A DNA stretch of 64,000 bases from a virus. Lineage: Duplodnaviria > Caudoviricetes. This document shows positions 32,029 through 42,917 of the stretch, piece by piece. The notes below the pieces were generated by a model. The model saw only the letters and a program-made list of their open reading frames with translations, did not search any database and was not told where the DNA came from. Location of the stretch: IMG/VR virus record IMGVR_UViG_2703719303_000002, positions 1 through 64,000 of that record; one strand, given 5' to 3'. Each line of letters opens with the position of its first letter. Position 1 is the first letter of the stretch. Made by a program: the position numbers and the translations under genes.

Positions 32029-33042
32029 TTAATTAATTTTATATTTACATTTTGGCAAACTTCCACTTAATATTACATTTCCACAAGTTATTCTTCCTAA
32101 GTCCTCATCATAACTTGGTACAAACACTAAAACATCAAATCCCATTTTCTTCAAATCATTCTCTATATCTTTATATGGAGTATACGACACATAACCTTTT
32201 GTTGTTTTTATATCATTTTCAATAGAAGATACTGTCTTATGCAATGGTGTTATCTTAACCATAAATTTACTTGGATCAAACAATTTCTTCAGCACTTTTG
32301 CATCTACTTCATACTCATCTGCTAATGCAAAATTCAAGCAGTATTTCCTTCCCTTTGGCATAGGTAAATCATTTCCTATTGAAGATATCTCATTTAAAGT
32401 TAGAGCATTTCCTCTAAACATATCTCTTCTTTGATTTTCATTTGTCGAATTTATACTTAATTGGAGTCCTGCATCACCTTGAAAAAGATTATTTTTTATA
32501 TCTACCCATTCATTTATTCTATGAGCCAAAAATTTATTTTTATTAGGACACATGGTTGTAAATACTGGATGTATCAAACTTTCTCCAATATAAGGCTTTA
32601 CTATATTTTTTAAATTTCTTGTAAAATCCAAAACATCATTATTCCATGATGGTTCTCCCATTCTTGCATAGTGTATATTCAATCTTTCTGTACGATCTAT
32701 TTCTGGATGAAGATTTAAAGCCTGTTCTAACTGTGTTTTTAAATCATTGTAAGTTACATTAACGCCTTTCCCAACTTTAGGCACATCACAAAATTTACAC
32801 CCTGAATCACAGCCATATTGTGTACTCATGGTTACAACCCATTTTTTAGTTAAAGGTTGTACTTTGCCATTTGGAACTCCTTCTAAATCTCTAGTAATTC
32901 CTAAAAAATCAGCTTTAACGTTTACTTCTTTGCCATAGTCACCTAATGATAGAAATTCTAACTTACCTTTATCTCCTTTTATAACACATATATTTCCTGT
33001 TGGAACTTCTAAATTTTTCAAGATTATACTTTCTTTTATCAT
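32029..33042 (-). CDS. RlmN/Cfr-like radical SAM protein
   Basis: STQYGCDSGCKFC (CxxxCxxC), RMGEP, LQLSINS, C-terminal TCG. Confidence 0.85.
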   Translation of the reverse strand: MIKESIILKNLEVPTGNICVIKGDKGKLEFLSLGDYGKEVNVKADFLGITRDLEGVPNGKVQPLTKKWVVTMSTQYGCDSGCKFCDVPKVGKGVNVTYNDLKTQLEQALNLHPEIDRTERLNIHYARMGEPSWNNDVLDFTRNLKNIVKPYIGESLIHPVFTTMCPNKNKFLAHRINEWVDIKNNLFQGDAGLQLSINSTNENQRRDMFRGNALTLNEISSIGNDLPMPKGRKYCLNFALADEYEVDAKVLKKLFDPSKFMVKITPLHKTVSSIENDIKTTKGYVSYTPYKDIENDLKKMGFDVLVFVPSYDEDLGRITCGNVILSGSLPKCKYKIN

Positions 33043-33083
33043 TTTTAAAATCTCCTTTTTGTATACTAACCGCTATAAGTTGT

Positions 33084-33698
33084 CTATTTTAAGAAATCAA
33101 AATCACCTTTATTATCTTCTTGCTTCTCTATATTTTCTGCCTTTATAAATTCAAAACTATTTGTATTAATTTCTGATATTTTTTGCTGATTCTCTTTTCC
33201 TTGAAAGCTATCTATTTTATTTTCAATAATAGTCATTATATAATTGGCTTTTTGGTTTTTAGAGTTAAATTCTTTTCCTCCGATAGCCTGTTCAACTTCT
33301 TCTTCATAATTTCTGAAACATTCCAAAATTAAATTATATTCATATCCAGCTTTTGAATCTATAATTTTTCCTAATCTTGAAGTGCCATTTCTAAGATCCT
33401 GTAATCTTACAACCATATTTGATGGTAAGTTTACATCAAACCATTTTTCTTTTATCCATTCATATAGCTCACACCAACTCTCACGCTCATATTTTGCTCT
33501 ATCTTCACATTCTTTATGAGCATAATATACATCTGGAATCTTATTTCCTTCTTTATCTACTCTAAATTCCCTCGTTTTTTCTTCATCTTTTAATACTATT
33601 TTTTCTTTCCATTTTAAGTTACCTTTTCTATCATGTTTTTGATATGAAGGCAGAATTCCTTTTAGTCCACAATACTTACACTTATGTTCCTTTATCAA
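33084..33698 (-). CDS. Phage replication-associated protein (Zn-binding N-terminus; possible helicase loader)
   Basis: CKYC..HKEC; located between AAA and helicase genes as in SPbeta-like modules. Confidence 0.55.
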   Translation of the reverse strand: MIKEHKCKYCGLKGILPSYQKHDRKGNLKWKEKIVLKDEEKTREFRVDKEGNKIPDVYYAHKECEDRAKYERESWCELYEWIKEKWFDVNLPSNMVVRLQDLRNGTSRLGKIIDSKAGYEYNLILECFRNYEEEVEQAIGGKEFNSKNQKANYIMTIIENKIDSFQGKENQQKISEINTNSFEFIKAENIEKQEDNKGDFDFLK

Positions 33699-33711
33699 AG
33701 CATCTATCTCC

Positions 33712-34230
33712 TTACATTAAAAATTTAATGACCAAACTCTTTTTATATCCCACTATTTCTCCATATTCACCCTTTCTCTTGGAATTATTAATCCATTTAC
33801 ACTCAATATTTTTAGGATACTTTTCAAGTTTATTTTTAAACATTTCTGTAAAATGTGTTAGTTTAGTTATATTATTGTTAGAATTTATATCTATGTTATG
33901 ATAATACCAAATTTTAATTTTTTTATCTGTACAAAATCTCATCTCATCAAAAATCGTATGCCATCCAAAATCCTCATTACACCAACTACATATGACAAAT
34001 TCTCTTTCTCCTTTAATATGATTGTAAACAATATTTCTTTTAATCCACAATTCAGTAAATCTCTTTATTACATATTCATCTGACCACTTAAATATTTTTT
34101 TATATTCAGATTTCTTTTTAATATAACATATTTTATTAATTAACCAAGCTAAAGGATATATAATTTTGCACCAGTAATCTAATAATTTCTTTTTTAATTT
34201 ATATAACTGTTGCTGCTTTTTAATATTCAT
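33712..34230 (-). CDS. Hypothetical protein
   Basis: ORF track. Confidence 0.6.
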   Translation of the reverse strand: MNIKKQQQLYKLKKKLLDYWCKIIYPLAWLINKICYIKKKSEYKKIFKWSDEYVIKRFTELWIKRNIVYNHIKGEREFVICSWCNEDFGWHTIFDEMRFCTDKKIKIWYYHNIDINSNNNITKLTHFTEMFKNKLEKYPKNIECKWINNSKRKGEYGEIVGYKKSLVIKFLM

Positions 34231-34479
34231 ATTTTCCTTATTTCCTTTTGATTATATTTTACTTTTTTTATTTAACTATTTAAAATTGTAACTTATTTAA
34301 TTTAGAAAATAATATATATGTTATACCTGTATTGATATCGACTCCACCAATTATAAGTCCTTCTTCATTTTCTATTATTTCCATCAATAATGTTTTGTTC
34401 TGTAAGTTTTCATACTTAAAAGTTGGAATATTATCTTTGACAGAAAACCTATCAATATAATCCTCCTATTTATATCAAA

Positions 34480-34836
34480 CTATTTTTCTAAAAATCCATC
34501 ATTAGTTAAATCAAATACTGTTTCCTCTATGATATCTAAATCCCGACCTCCTATATGATAAGTTCCTGAAGGTGTGCACTCTATATACATATCATTAGGA
34601 AAACTATCTCCTATTCTTATTGATATCTGCACTACAGGTTGATCATATTCTTCATTAGCATATAAAATTTTATCAGGATTTTCTTCATCCATAAGAAACT
34701 TGTGATACCAATTATGTTGGTATTCATATCCACTCCCTTCTAAACACCTCTCACCTTTATCAGCCCATTCTTTTCCTGTTTTAAATCCATATCTTCTTAA
34801 CTGATCTACACTAATACCTTTTTTCAATTTTAACAC
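34480..34836 (-). CDS. Hypothetical protein
   Basis: ORF track; coupled to upstream gene. Confidence 0.65.
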   Translation of the reverse strand: MLKLKKGISVDQLRRYGFKTGKEWADKGERCLEGSGYEYQHNWYHKFLMDEENPDKILYANEEYDQPVVQISIRIGDSFPNDMYIECTPSGTYHIGGRDLDIIEETVFDLTNDGFLEK

Positions 34837-35108
34837 TATTTACATTCTCCTTTTTCTTTATAAGATTTTCCACAAAATGGGCAATATCTAACTTGCATAT
34901 TGACGATTTCGTGTTTATTTTGAATTGTCCCTTTTTTTGTTTTACTTTCATACTCAACCTTCAAGGGCATGTATGGTTTTACAACCCAATGATCTTCTGT
35001 ATCAAAATATAAATTTTGCAATTTAGCTTCTTTAGTATTTGACTCTGGATGCCTTTTTGAAAAATTATTTTTAATTTTATTTTGTATTTGCTCTATGCAA
35101 TCACACAC
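34836..35108 (-). CDS. Zn-binding hypothetical protein
   Basis: MCDC...YCPFCG. Confidence 0.7.
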   Translation of the reverse strand: MCDCIEQIQNKIKNNFSKRHPESNTKEAKLQNLYFDTEDHWVVKPYMPLKVEYESKTKKGTIQNKHEIVNMQVRYCPFCGKSYKEKGECK

Positions 35109-35237
35109 AAAAACTCATTCCTTCCTCTCTTTAAGTATTTATGCAGATATACATATATCTGCATAAGCCTTCAACTTTGCTAAACAACAATTATTCTAAC
35201 TACATATATATTAAATAGCATCAATAAAAATAAAACT

Positions 35238-36734
35238 CTAGCTAAATTGCTCTCGTTTATCTAATAATTTCTTAATTTCAATACAACTTTTTTTTGCTTG
35301 ATTAGAACCTGGGAGGACACTTATAAACTCATTACACATTTGCCTTAGTAATTTATTAAGATTTTCATTATCATGCTCAGATAACGTTTTTAAAAGATAC
35401 TCCCAGAAATTATCATCATAAAACGTCTTTCTTAATTTTAATCCTTCTTCATATATGTTTAAATTTCTTCTTTTATCTTCATAATAAATTTCATATGTTC
35501 TAAGGATTGGTTCGTATTTTTCTATATTTTTTATAATTGAATATATACTAAATTTTCCTTTCCCAATAACATTAGAATGTTGACAATCAATTAAAGAATC
35601 TAAAATATAGTAGTAATTTTCTTCTGAATAGTCTTTTGCCTTTGAGTATTCCTTTATTTGGAATATTAAAAAATATACATTATTAAAAGGCAACGAATCC
35701 CTTTGCATAAGTTTAATAATTGAATACATATCAAGCAGTATATCATAAGCCCTATGCTCTATTTGTTTATCATTCATGATTCCATTATGTGCTACCTCAT
35801 TTCGATATATTGGAACTTCAAACGCAAAATATGGATAATACATAAGCTTTTGAATTTCATTATCTTCAAAAACTTTATCAAGTTTGTTGATAATAGTACC
35901 TTCCTCAACGTTCCTTTCCCCCCCTTTAATTGCAGAACAAAAATCATAAAAAAGCCCTTCAACTTGTATGGCTCCTAAACTTACAAATGTTTGGTATGCC
36001 GATTTCTGAAATAATGCTAATAATATTACAAATACTTCTTTTTTAATTTTTAAAATATAATTATTTTTTACATTAGATAAAATATAGTTACTAACCTTTT
36101 TATGCGAAATAAAATCTTTAACATATTCGTAGTACTTATCCTCATTAGTTTTCTTTAATTTAATAAGTTCTGCTACCTTATCCTTGTGGAAATGAAAAGC
36201 GTCAAAAAATTTCACTGAAACGCTAAAATCATATTCTGGATCATAATATTCTTTATACCAGCTATAATTATCATCCTTTTCAAACATACCAACTTTTTCT
36301 AACCCATTCTGTTGAAGTTTCATTCTTTTTTTTAGCTCTGACAATAATTTATTTAAAATATAATTTTCTTTGCTTAATTTAGCTTTTTTGTTTATTTCTA
36401 TAAAATAACTATGTTTTTTTGATTCATAATTATCTTTATCCTTATTTTTCATAGCATTTATGCTTCTTTCGATATTTTTATCAATTGATTTTAAATCCCT
36501 AAAGGCATCAGCTACTAATCTAATAAAATTATTAATAAATTTACAAGCCTGCTCACTAATATCCTCATTTTTTACAAAATTATAATTTTCTACATAAAAC
36601 TCCTCTATTAAATTTTCAGCAACTTCTTGATTATCAATATTTTTTGCAAAATTCATCAAAATACTTTTTATTGTTTTATCTGTATGTTTATCATCTTTTA
36701 TGCTTGACAAATTGATTAATGATTTATATTCCAA
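35238..36734 (-). CDS. Accessory protein with HEPN-like Rx4H motif (putative defence/Abi)
   Basis: QVEGLF helix followed by YRNEVAH; TTG start with RBS GGGGAGAGG; own AT-rich upstream region. Confidence 0.55.
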   Translation of the reverse strand: MEYKSLINLSSIKDDKHTDKTIKSILMNFAKNIDNQEVAENLIEEFYVENYNFVKNEDISEQACKFINNFIRLVADAFRDLKSIDKNIERSINAMKNKDKDNYESKKHSYFIEINKKAKLSKENYILNKLLSELKKRMKLQQNGLEKVGMFEKDDNYSWYKEYYDPEYDFSVSVKFFDAFHFHKDKVAELIKLKKTNEDKYYEYVKDFISHKKVSNYILSNVKNNYILKIKKEVFVILLALFQKSAYQTFVSLGAIQVEGLFYDFCSAIKGGERNVEEGTIINKLDKVFEDNEIQKLMYYPYFAFEVPIYRNEVAHNGIMNDKQIEHRAYDILLDMYSIIKLMQRDSLPFNNVYFLIFQIKEYSKAKDYSEENYYYILDSLIDCQHSNVIGKGKFSIYSIIKNIEKYEPILRTYEIYYEDKRRNLNIYEEGLKLRKTFYDDNFWEYLLKTLSEHDNENLNKLLRQMCNEFISVLPGSNQAKKSCIEIKKLLDKREQFS

Positions 36735-37283
36735 GATAAATCCTCTCCCCTAACAAGTAAATAATTAATTATGATAAAATTATAAACTTTTTAAAAATGA
36801 CATACAATAGTAATCAATAGTACCTTTAGAAATTTACCATTCTTAAGTCTCTATTAAATTTCAATATTCTACATTGCCTATACCACGTATTTACATACAT
36901 AACAAAATTCCACCTCGTCTACACAATACACTGATTTTTTATTTTGCATATAAAAATTTTTTTAATAGTTTTCCTCTATAGTATTGTTAACTTTATTTAA
37001 TAACCCCTTAAAATCAATATAGTTACCACTAAAACAATTCTCTATAGTTTTTAATTCATAATAAAAAGATTTTTTATTTTTGATAGGTTTTATAATTGAA
37101 TCTTCAAAAATTATTGTTTTCTTAAGTATTAATACATTCTCATGATTATAAGATATTCTATAAATATCTTGATACTTATTTCTTGAACTATCTGATAATT
37201 GAAATTTATAATTAATACCTTCCTTTTCTCTCGTATTTTTTATTTAAGCCTCTCTTATATGTACAAACAGGGATAAAATTATT

Positions 37284-37868
37284 TTACTTAATTACCCCTG
37301 TTGTTTTCACTATACCCTTACTGTTAAGAAATTCCTCTGAGGCTCCTAAAACAAAAACATCCAATTTCATAATTTTATTTCCATCTTGATCATATTTATA
37401 ATGTATTGCTCTACCCCTATCAACAACAATTAAATCACCAAATCCTTTAATTGATATAATTGTCCCAAATGGAATATCTGGAGGTGCTGCACAATACACA
37501 TAAGATTCATCAAGTTTCTTTCCACTTTTAGAAATTGCATCATTTTTTCCACAATCAATGCAATTATTTGTATAAAAGCTCAATTCAATTTTTATAGTTT
37601 TTAATTCTTTTTGCCTTTTTAATTCAACTTGCTGCTCACATGTTTTTTGCTGTAATATTCTTTGCTTCTCTTTTTCTTCTAAACACAATTTATATTGAAC
37701 TTTTTGAAACTCTTTATCCCCATCAAATTCAAACTTATCTACCATTTCTGATTTTGGTGGCAAACAAGCCGTTATAGGCTTATTTATTTTTATTGTAGTG
37801 TTATTGTTTAAACATAATGTACTTATTACACACAATCCAAATAAGCCTACTCTAGCTCTTTTTGTCAA
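37284..37868 (-). CDS. 3D-domain (MltA-like) cell-wall-associated protein
   Basis: N-terminal hydrophobic segment; AAPPDIPFGT..VVDRGRAI..LDVF. Confidence 0.8.
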   Translation of the reverse strand: MTKRARVGLFGLCVISTLCLNNNTTIKINKPITACLPPKSEMVDKFEFDGDKEFQKVQYKLCLEEKEKQRILQQKTCEQQVELKRQKELKTIKIELSFYTNNCIDCGKNDAISKSGKKLDESYVYCAAPPDIPFGTIISIKGFGDLIVVDRGRAIHYKYDQDGNKIMKLDVFVLGASEEFLNSKGIVKTTGVIK

Positions 37869-37909
37869 TTACATCACATCCTATTTAAGCATCTTTTATA
37901 TACAATTGT

Positions 37910-38971
37910 TTAATTTAAATCTTGTAATTCTTTTAATATTTTCTTAGCAAGATCTACTTCCGAGATAAGATGTGGATCTGTTATACCATTATCAGTTAAA
38001 ATAGGCATTATTACAGATGGCGCTTTGCCTTCCTTAGTTAGAGTTCCTATTTCTGAAAGAATTTGTTTTATTACTTGTGATAACTCAATCTCATTTTTTT
38101 TCCCTGATAGACTCTTTGTTATCTCTTTATTCTTTTCTTCTTGCTGTTCTTTTGATAAAACATCTAAATCCTTTTCTATCCCTGCATTTATAAGTGTTTT
38201 TCTTATCGAATCTTTAAAAGCATTTTGAAACTTTTCCATTGCTTCTTCTTCTGTATCAAAAACAATATTGTGATCAAGTCTAACTCTTGATCCAGCAGTA
38301 ACCATTTCGTCACTCTTAGTCAGTAATACACGTTTTGGAATCTTATTTCCATTTCCATCATCTGCTAATGTCCTTTCACCATAAATAATATATGAAACCA
38401 AAGGGTTTATAATTTTTTGTAACCTTTCTGGCATAGTACTAGTGTATATATCATAAGGCTCTCCTTTCTTAGGTGTTACTGTTTTTTTCTCTAAATGACT
38501 TATGAATAAAGGCATAAATCCTAGATTTTCAATTCTTCTAATTTGCTCCATAAAATCTTTATCTTTTTCTGAATAAAATTGTCCATGTGGAACTTCTCTT
38601 GCTGCCATATAGTTTTTACCATCTAAAATACTTAATCTTTGTAACGTATATCTGTCTACCATACTATACGCTTCATTTACTGTATCAAAAACAAGTACCT
38701 TAATTGTATCTCCAATTTCTTCTCTTTTTTCTTCTAACTTATCTATAAATTCTATAAAATCATCCCATGAAAACAATCTCTTAAAGATATTTGCTACATT
38801 TCCTTTATAGCCTTTTTCGAAAGGTAATATAATTGCATTAGGGTACAGACTTGATAAAGTTGTTTTCCCCCATTTTGGTTCAGCAACTATCAAACCTGAA
38901 TACTCTGTAAAATTAACCTTTGGTATATTTTTTTCTACTCCTAATTCACTTAAATCAAAACTCATAATCAT
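37910..38971 (-). CDS. AAA_24/Sak4-like ATPase
   Basis: AEPKWGKTT, FEKG, VFDT, FISH. Confidence 0.8.
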   Translation of the reverse strand: MIMSFDLSELGVEKNIPKVNFTEYSGLIVAEPKWGKTTLSSLYPNAIILPFEKGYKGNVANIFKRLFSWDDFIEFIDKLEEKREEIGDTIKVLVFDTVNEAYSMVDRYTLQRLSILDGKNYMAAREVPHGQFYSEKDKDFMEQIRRIENLGFMPLFISHLEKKTVTPKKGEPYDIYTSTMPERLQKIINPLVSYIIYGERTLADDGNGNKIPKRVLLTKSDEMVTAGSRVRLDHNIVFDTEEEAMEKFQNAFKDSIRKTLINAGIEKDLDVLSKEQQEEKNKEITKSLSGKKNEIELSQVIKQILSEIGTLTKEGKAPSVIMPILTDNGITDPHLISEVDLAKKILKELQDLN

Positions 38972-39033
38972 TTCTCCTTTTCGTGCTAATTGTTATAAGT
39001 GGGAGAAATAAAATTCTCCTCTTTGTAACTAAT

Positions 39034-40050
39034 CTATAATTGGAATGGGAAAACTTCATTATTATTACTATTTTCCATATTTTCTTCAGATGTTCCCCAT
39101 CCATTATCATCTTCTTGACTTAAATTATCTTGAGATGCGTTTCCATTAAAAATATCTTCTGCTTGTTGTTTTTGTGTTTTCACAAAATCTGTATTTTTAT
39201 ATTTTTTCTTTATATAGCTTTTAGGATCAGCACCTGTTACCAGTAAGCATTTATCAAAATTACTTCCAACTTGTGTTCCCCAATCTGTATTTTGAACCAC
39301 AACCCTATTTTCTATAATTCCATTAACCTTAACTACATCTCCAAATTTAAATCCTTTTACAACTTTTGCAAACATAGGATTTGTTTCTATATTAACTCTA
39401 AACGTAGCTGGCTCAAAACGTCCTGCATATCCAATTATATATGCATATATATATAATCTTTGCTCTTTTTTATCTTCTCTTACTTCTCTTATTGTAATTT
39501 CCTGAGTAAAATTATTTTCTTCCTTAAATTTTTCATCACTAAAGTTTATAGGATTAGTACATTGTTGTACTTTCGAAATATTTAATGTATATTGTTCTTT
39601 AGTTACACCATCTTTGTTTTGATAAGTACTATATGATGGTTTTCCTATAATTACCACATCCATACCATCTTTAAAATCATCATTAATCCTTTTTGCTAAA
39701 TCATAATCCGTTTCAATAATCTCATATCCTTTAGGTAATGGATTATTTCTCTTATTCCAATCAACAGCCAACGCCTTTTCCTTTTCTTTGTTATAAGCAT
39801 ATGCATTATCTTGCGTGCATCCAAAAACCTCAACAACTGGACTATTACTATCTGATGTTTGTAAGATAAATCGTATTTTTCTGTAAGCTCTCTTGTCTGC
39901 TTTTTCTGGAACATCTTCAAATCCCAATGATTTTCTAGGTTCTGTAAGTCCTTGAATTCTTCCTCTTAATCTAAATGATCCTTTCTGTTCTTGTAAAATT
40001 CCTTTATACTCTTGTTTTGCCATTGAAACATTCCTCCTAAAATTTATCAT
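39034..40050 (-). CDS. Putative phage single-stranded DNA-binding protein
   Basis: OB-like beta segments, acidic tail ending FPFQL, adjacent to Sak4-like ATPase. Confidence 0.6.
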   Translation of the reverse strand: MINFRRNVSMAKQEYKGILQEQKGSFRLRGRIQGLTEPRKSLGFEDVPEKADKRAYRKIRFILQTSDSNSPVVEVFGCTQDNAYAYNKEKEKALAVDWNKRNNPLPKGYEIIETDYDLAKRINDDFKDGMDVVIIGKPSYSTYQNKDGVTKEQYTLNISKVQQCTNPINFSDEKFKEENNFTQEITIREVREDKKEQRLYIYAYIIGYAGRFEPATFRVNIETNPMFAKVVKGFKFGDVVKVNGIIENRVVVQNTDWGTQVGSNFDKCLLVTGADPKSYIKKKYKNTDFVKTQKQQAEDIFNGNASQDNLSQEDDNGWGTSEENMENSNNNEVFPFQL

Positions 40051-40057
40051 TATATTT

Positions 40058-40086
40058 ATAATACAATACTAAGTGTTATAAGTCAA
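40058..40086 (-). promoter_or_regulatory. Promoter with 18-bp operator in spacer (replication operon)
   Basis: TTGACT-N17-TATTAT containing ACTTATAACACTTAGTAT. Confidence 0.75.
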
Positions 40087-41391
40087 GTGAAACTAATAGC
40101 TCCAAAAAATTTCAGCACCCAACCACATACTGCAATAGGTATAGTTATTTCTCCTGTAAATAATCCTATTATTAAATTACCTATCGTAGGTATAGCAATA
40201 TGAAACCATGAAAGGATCTCTTGTACCGACCAAGCTCCTATACTTATATTAAGAATTACTAAAAAAATCGGAACAAAACACCCTAAGCATCCTGATTTCT
40301 TCATATAAACACACCACCTTATTTTATTTGTTATTTCTTAGATTAAAAATTTTCAGACTACTAGATATTGCTTCTTCTAGTGTGTTGCCATATCCATGAC
40401 AAAAATGTTTATTATTTAACGGATCACTGACAGGTTCTATGTTCATTATCCTATCAGCTAAATTGCAATGCCACTTATCTTCTAATCTATTTATTAATGG
40501 ATGGTACTTCTCGTACTTTTTTAAAAATTCTGCTACACAAATTTTCATATTAAAACTCATTCTCCTTTATTTTTTTTATATTGTAAGACTCTATATAATC
40601 TGCTTTGGTTTTTAAGCGAATATACCTATTTTCTAGGACTACCAACCCCATATTCTTTCCTTGTAATGCTGCAACAATATCTTTTTTCTTTTTTAATGGT
40701 GGATTTAGTCCACTATTATCTGCATATACAGCACAATCACAAGCAGTACCTTTTCCAGATATAAACACCACATCAACAACGTAAACTTCTTTGTTCTCTG
40801 CCGTTTGATTCGTTTCTAATGTATCAATTTTCAAAACATAACACCTCTTTATTCTTCTAATATAGAATATGATTCAATCATACTTGTACAAGATATATTC
40901 CCTTGAAAATATTTTGTACAAATCCAAATTAAGTGATTATTGCTTTCTAAAATTCCTTTAATTTCTTCCTTTGTAGAACAAAAAAATGCAATATCGCCTT
41001 TATTACATACTTTATTCTTTGCTATTCTAGCTTTATGAATGAGTGTTCCATCCCTTAGTAGAATATTCACATATATTTCTTTCACTTATATCTCCTCTCT
41101 CTTCTTATAAAAGCTAGTTTTTATAAGAGTTGCACTACCATCTTTGATTTCATATATAGTCTCCACACTATAATCTTTACCACTCCATAAGTCTATTGCT
41201 AGAAATATTTTTTCATAAACCTTTTTCAGTAACTTAAATGGCTTATACTTTTTGCTATAACAGGCTTTATTAATATTCCTATACAATATTGTCTTATCGT
41301 TTCTTTTACTACACATAGTTAAATGTGCGTTAAAAAAACGAATACGCTTATTGATATTCTTACTTATCTTTTTAACTTGTCTTCTATTCAT
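40083..41391 (-). other. Run of five small hypothetical CDSs (40083-40304, 40324-40560, 40550-40834, 40849-41085, 41086-41391)
   Basis: Tightly packed co-oriented ORFs with RBSs; first is hydrophobic. Confidence 0.65.
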
Positions 41392-41650
41392 ACAATTACC
41401 TCTAATAACTCAGGATTTTCGTAGATGTTGCCAATCACTTCCACCCTGTTTCCATTCCTCACACAATTAAATAAATCTTGATTTGAACGTTTTTTACACA
41501 TATACAGCAAAGGTACTTTTTCATTCGCACCAAGATACTTCTCCCACTCTTTCCTTTAATCCATTTTTTTGTTGCATATAGCGATTTTGGTAAATCAAAA
41601 GTATATTTGATAACATCACACCCATATAATTTTATTTTTAATTCTTATCT
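41388..41650 (-). pseudogene. Degraded YopX-family gene
   Basis: Fragments KLYGCDVIKY, ERVGEVSWCE* and VEVIGNIYENPELL in different frames with stops. Confidence 0.7.
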
Positions 41651-41671
41651 ATATCTCTTCCTATATCGCCT

Positions 41672-42055
41672 TTACTCCTCCTTGATCATAAAATTAATTG
41701 CTTCTAATTGCCCTACAGATAAGTTTACCCCTTGTAAATCACTAATTGAAATTTGATGAACATCTATTTCATTTTCAATATCTAACAACTCCTCAAAATC
41801 TTTGTTCCACTGCTCTTGGTTGTCACTTTTAGGTAACCCTTTTTTATCTTTTAATGGATTTCCATTTTCATCTCTTTTCACATATTTATCTGTTAATTTT
41901 TTTGATATTTCATCAAAATTCTTTAATACACTATTAACTTTATTTTTGTTTTTCATTAGTGCATACGAAGCCCTTATTGGTAGCTCTTTTTTCATTAGCT
42001 GTTGCATTCCACTTATCCCATTTATCATTTCCCTGTTTGTTATTTTTTTTATCAT
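41672..42055 (-). CDS. Phage hypothetical protein (DUF1617-like)
   Basis: ELPIRASYALMKN..YVKRDENG..ELLDIENEI. Confidence 0.65.
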   Translation of the reverse strand: MIKKITNREMINGISGMQQLMKKELPIRASYALMKNKNKVNSVLKNFDEISKKLTDKYVKRDENGNPLKDKKGLPKSDNQEQWNKDFEELLDIENEIDVHQISISDLQGVNLSVGQLEAINFMIKEE

Positions 42056-42365
42056 TTCTAACTCCTCCTAAATATTATTTATATTTAATAAGATATAATT
42101 GTAATTGTTTATATAACCTTTTTACACTCTTATATCTTAATTTATAACCTTCTAACAGCTATTGTTTATTCTTATAGTTTGGCTATATTCTACTTCCAAT
42201 TTGCTTTCACTTTCTATGTTAAATAAAGCTTTTCTCATTTGCTTTTTGTGTGTTTCCTTTTCTTCTTCGTTTTGATATTCGTATTTCCATAGTTTCATTT
42301 GACAAATTTCTTTATGAACTTTTCTTAACCTCATTTTTTACTCCTTGTCCTTGCTTTTTTAATGC

Positions 42366-42413
42366 ATTTTATAAAAATAAAATTCATTTAACATAAATTT
42401 TATTTTTATAAAA
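42366..42413. repeat. AT-rich inverted repeat downstream of the repressor operon
   Basis: ATTTTATAAAAATAAAATT / AATTTTATTTTTATAAAAT. Confidence 0.6.
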
Positions 42414-42440
42414 TTGTAAAATACTAATCGCCATAAGTGA

Positions 42441-42917
42441 TTAAAATAAAGCGGATACCTCTCTATTCGTTGTAAATGTATATAAATAACACTTATTTAT
42501 TATCTCTTTATTAGGGATAATACCCATTTCTATTTTTCTTTCATAATAATCATATCTCTTTTTTTCATCTTCTGTAAAAACAGCCATTTTTGCTAATTCC
42601 AAAATTTCTTCTATTGCACTTTTACAAAATTCAATGTCTTTTGAATCTTGTAAATTAACATTTATGGGATTGCTTATCTTTTCATTCTGCTTTTCCCCAT
42701 ACTGATATATTCCTACTTGCCAATCCCATTCGTTTATATAAAGAACAACATACCCATAAGAGATAGGTATCATATAAAACCTATCTCCATCTATATTCTC
42801 TCCTTTAGATAAGATATACTCTTTAACCTTTTTAAATAAGTCTAATTTTGCCTTTGCTTTAGTTTCATTTTTCATTTTATTATCCCCCTCTATAACTACT
42901 TTAATTTTGTTAACCAT
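42441..42917 (-). CDS. Hypothetical protein
   Basis: ORF; likely start at internal Met after GAGGGGG. Confidence 0.65.
   Translation of the reverse strand: MVNKIKVVIEGDNKMKNETKAKAKLDLFKKVKEYILSKGENIDGDRFYMIPISYGYVVLYINEWDWQVGIYQYGEKQNEKISNPINVNLQDSKDIEFCKSAIEEILELAKMAVFTEDEKKRYDYYERKIEMGIIPNKEIINKCYLYTFTTNREVSALF

Noticed and set aside
32029-33042. Radical SAM gene as the NrdG activase or a Cfr resistance gene
   Set aside because: Size and MGEP/xCG motifs are RlmN-like, not NrdG; it lacks one of the two catalytic Cys needed for Cfr/RlmN turnover
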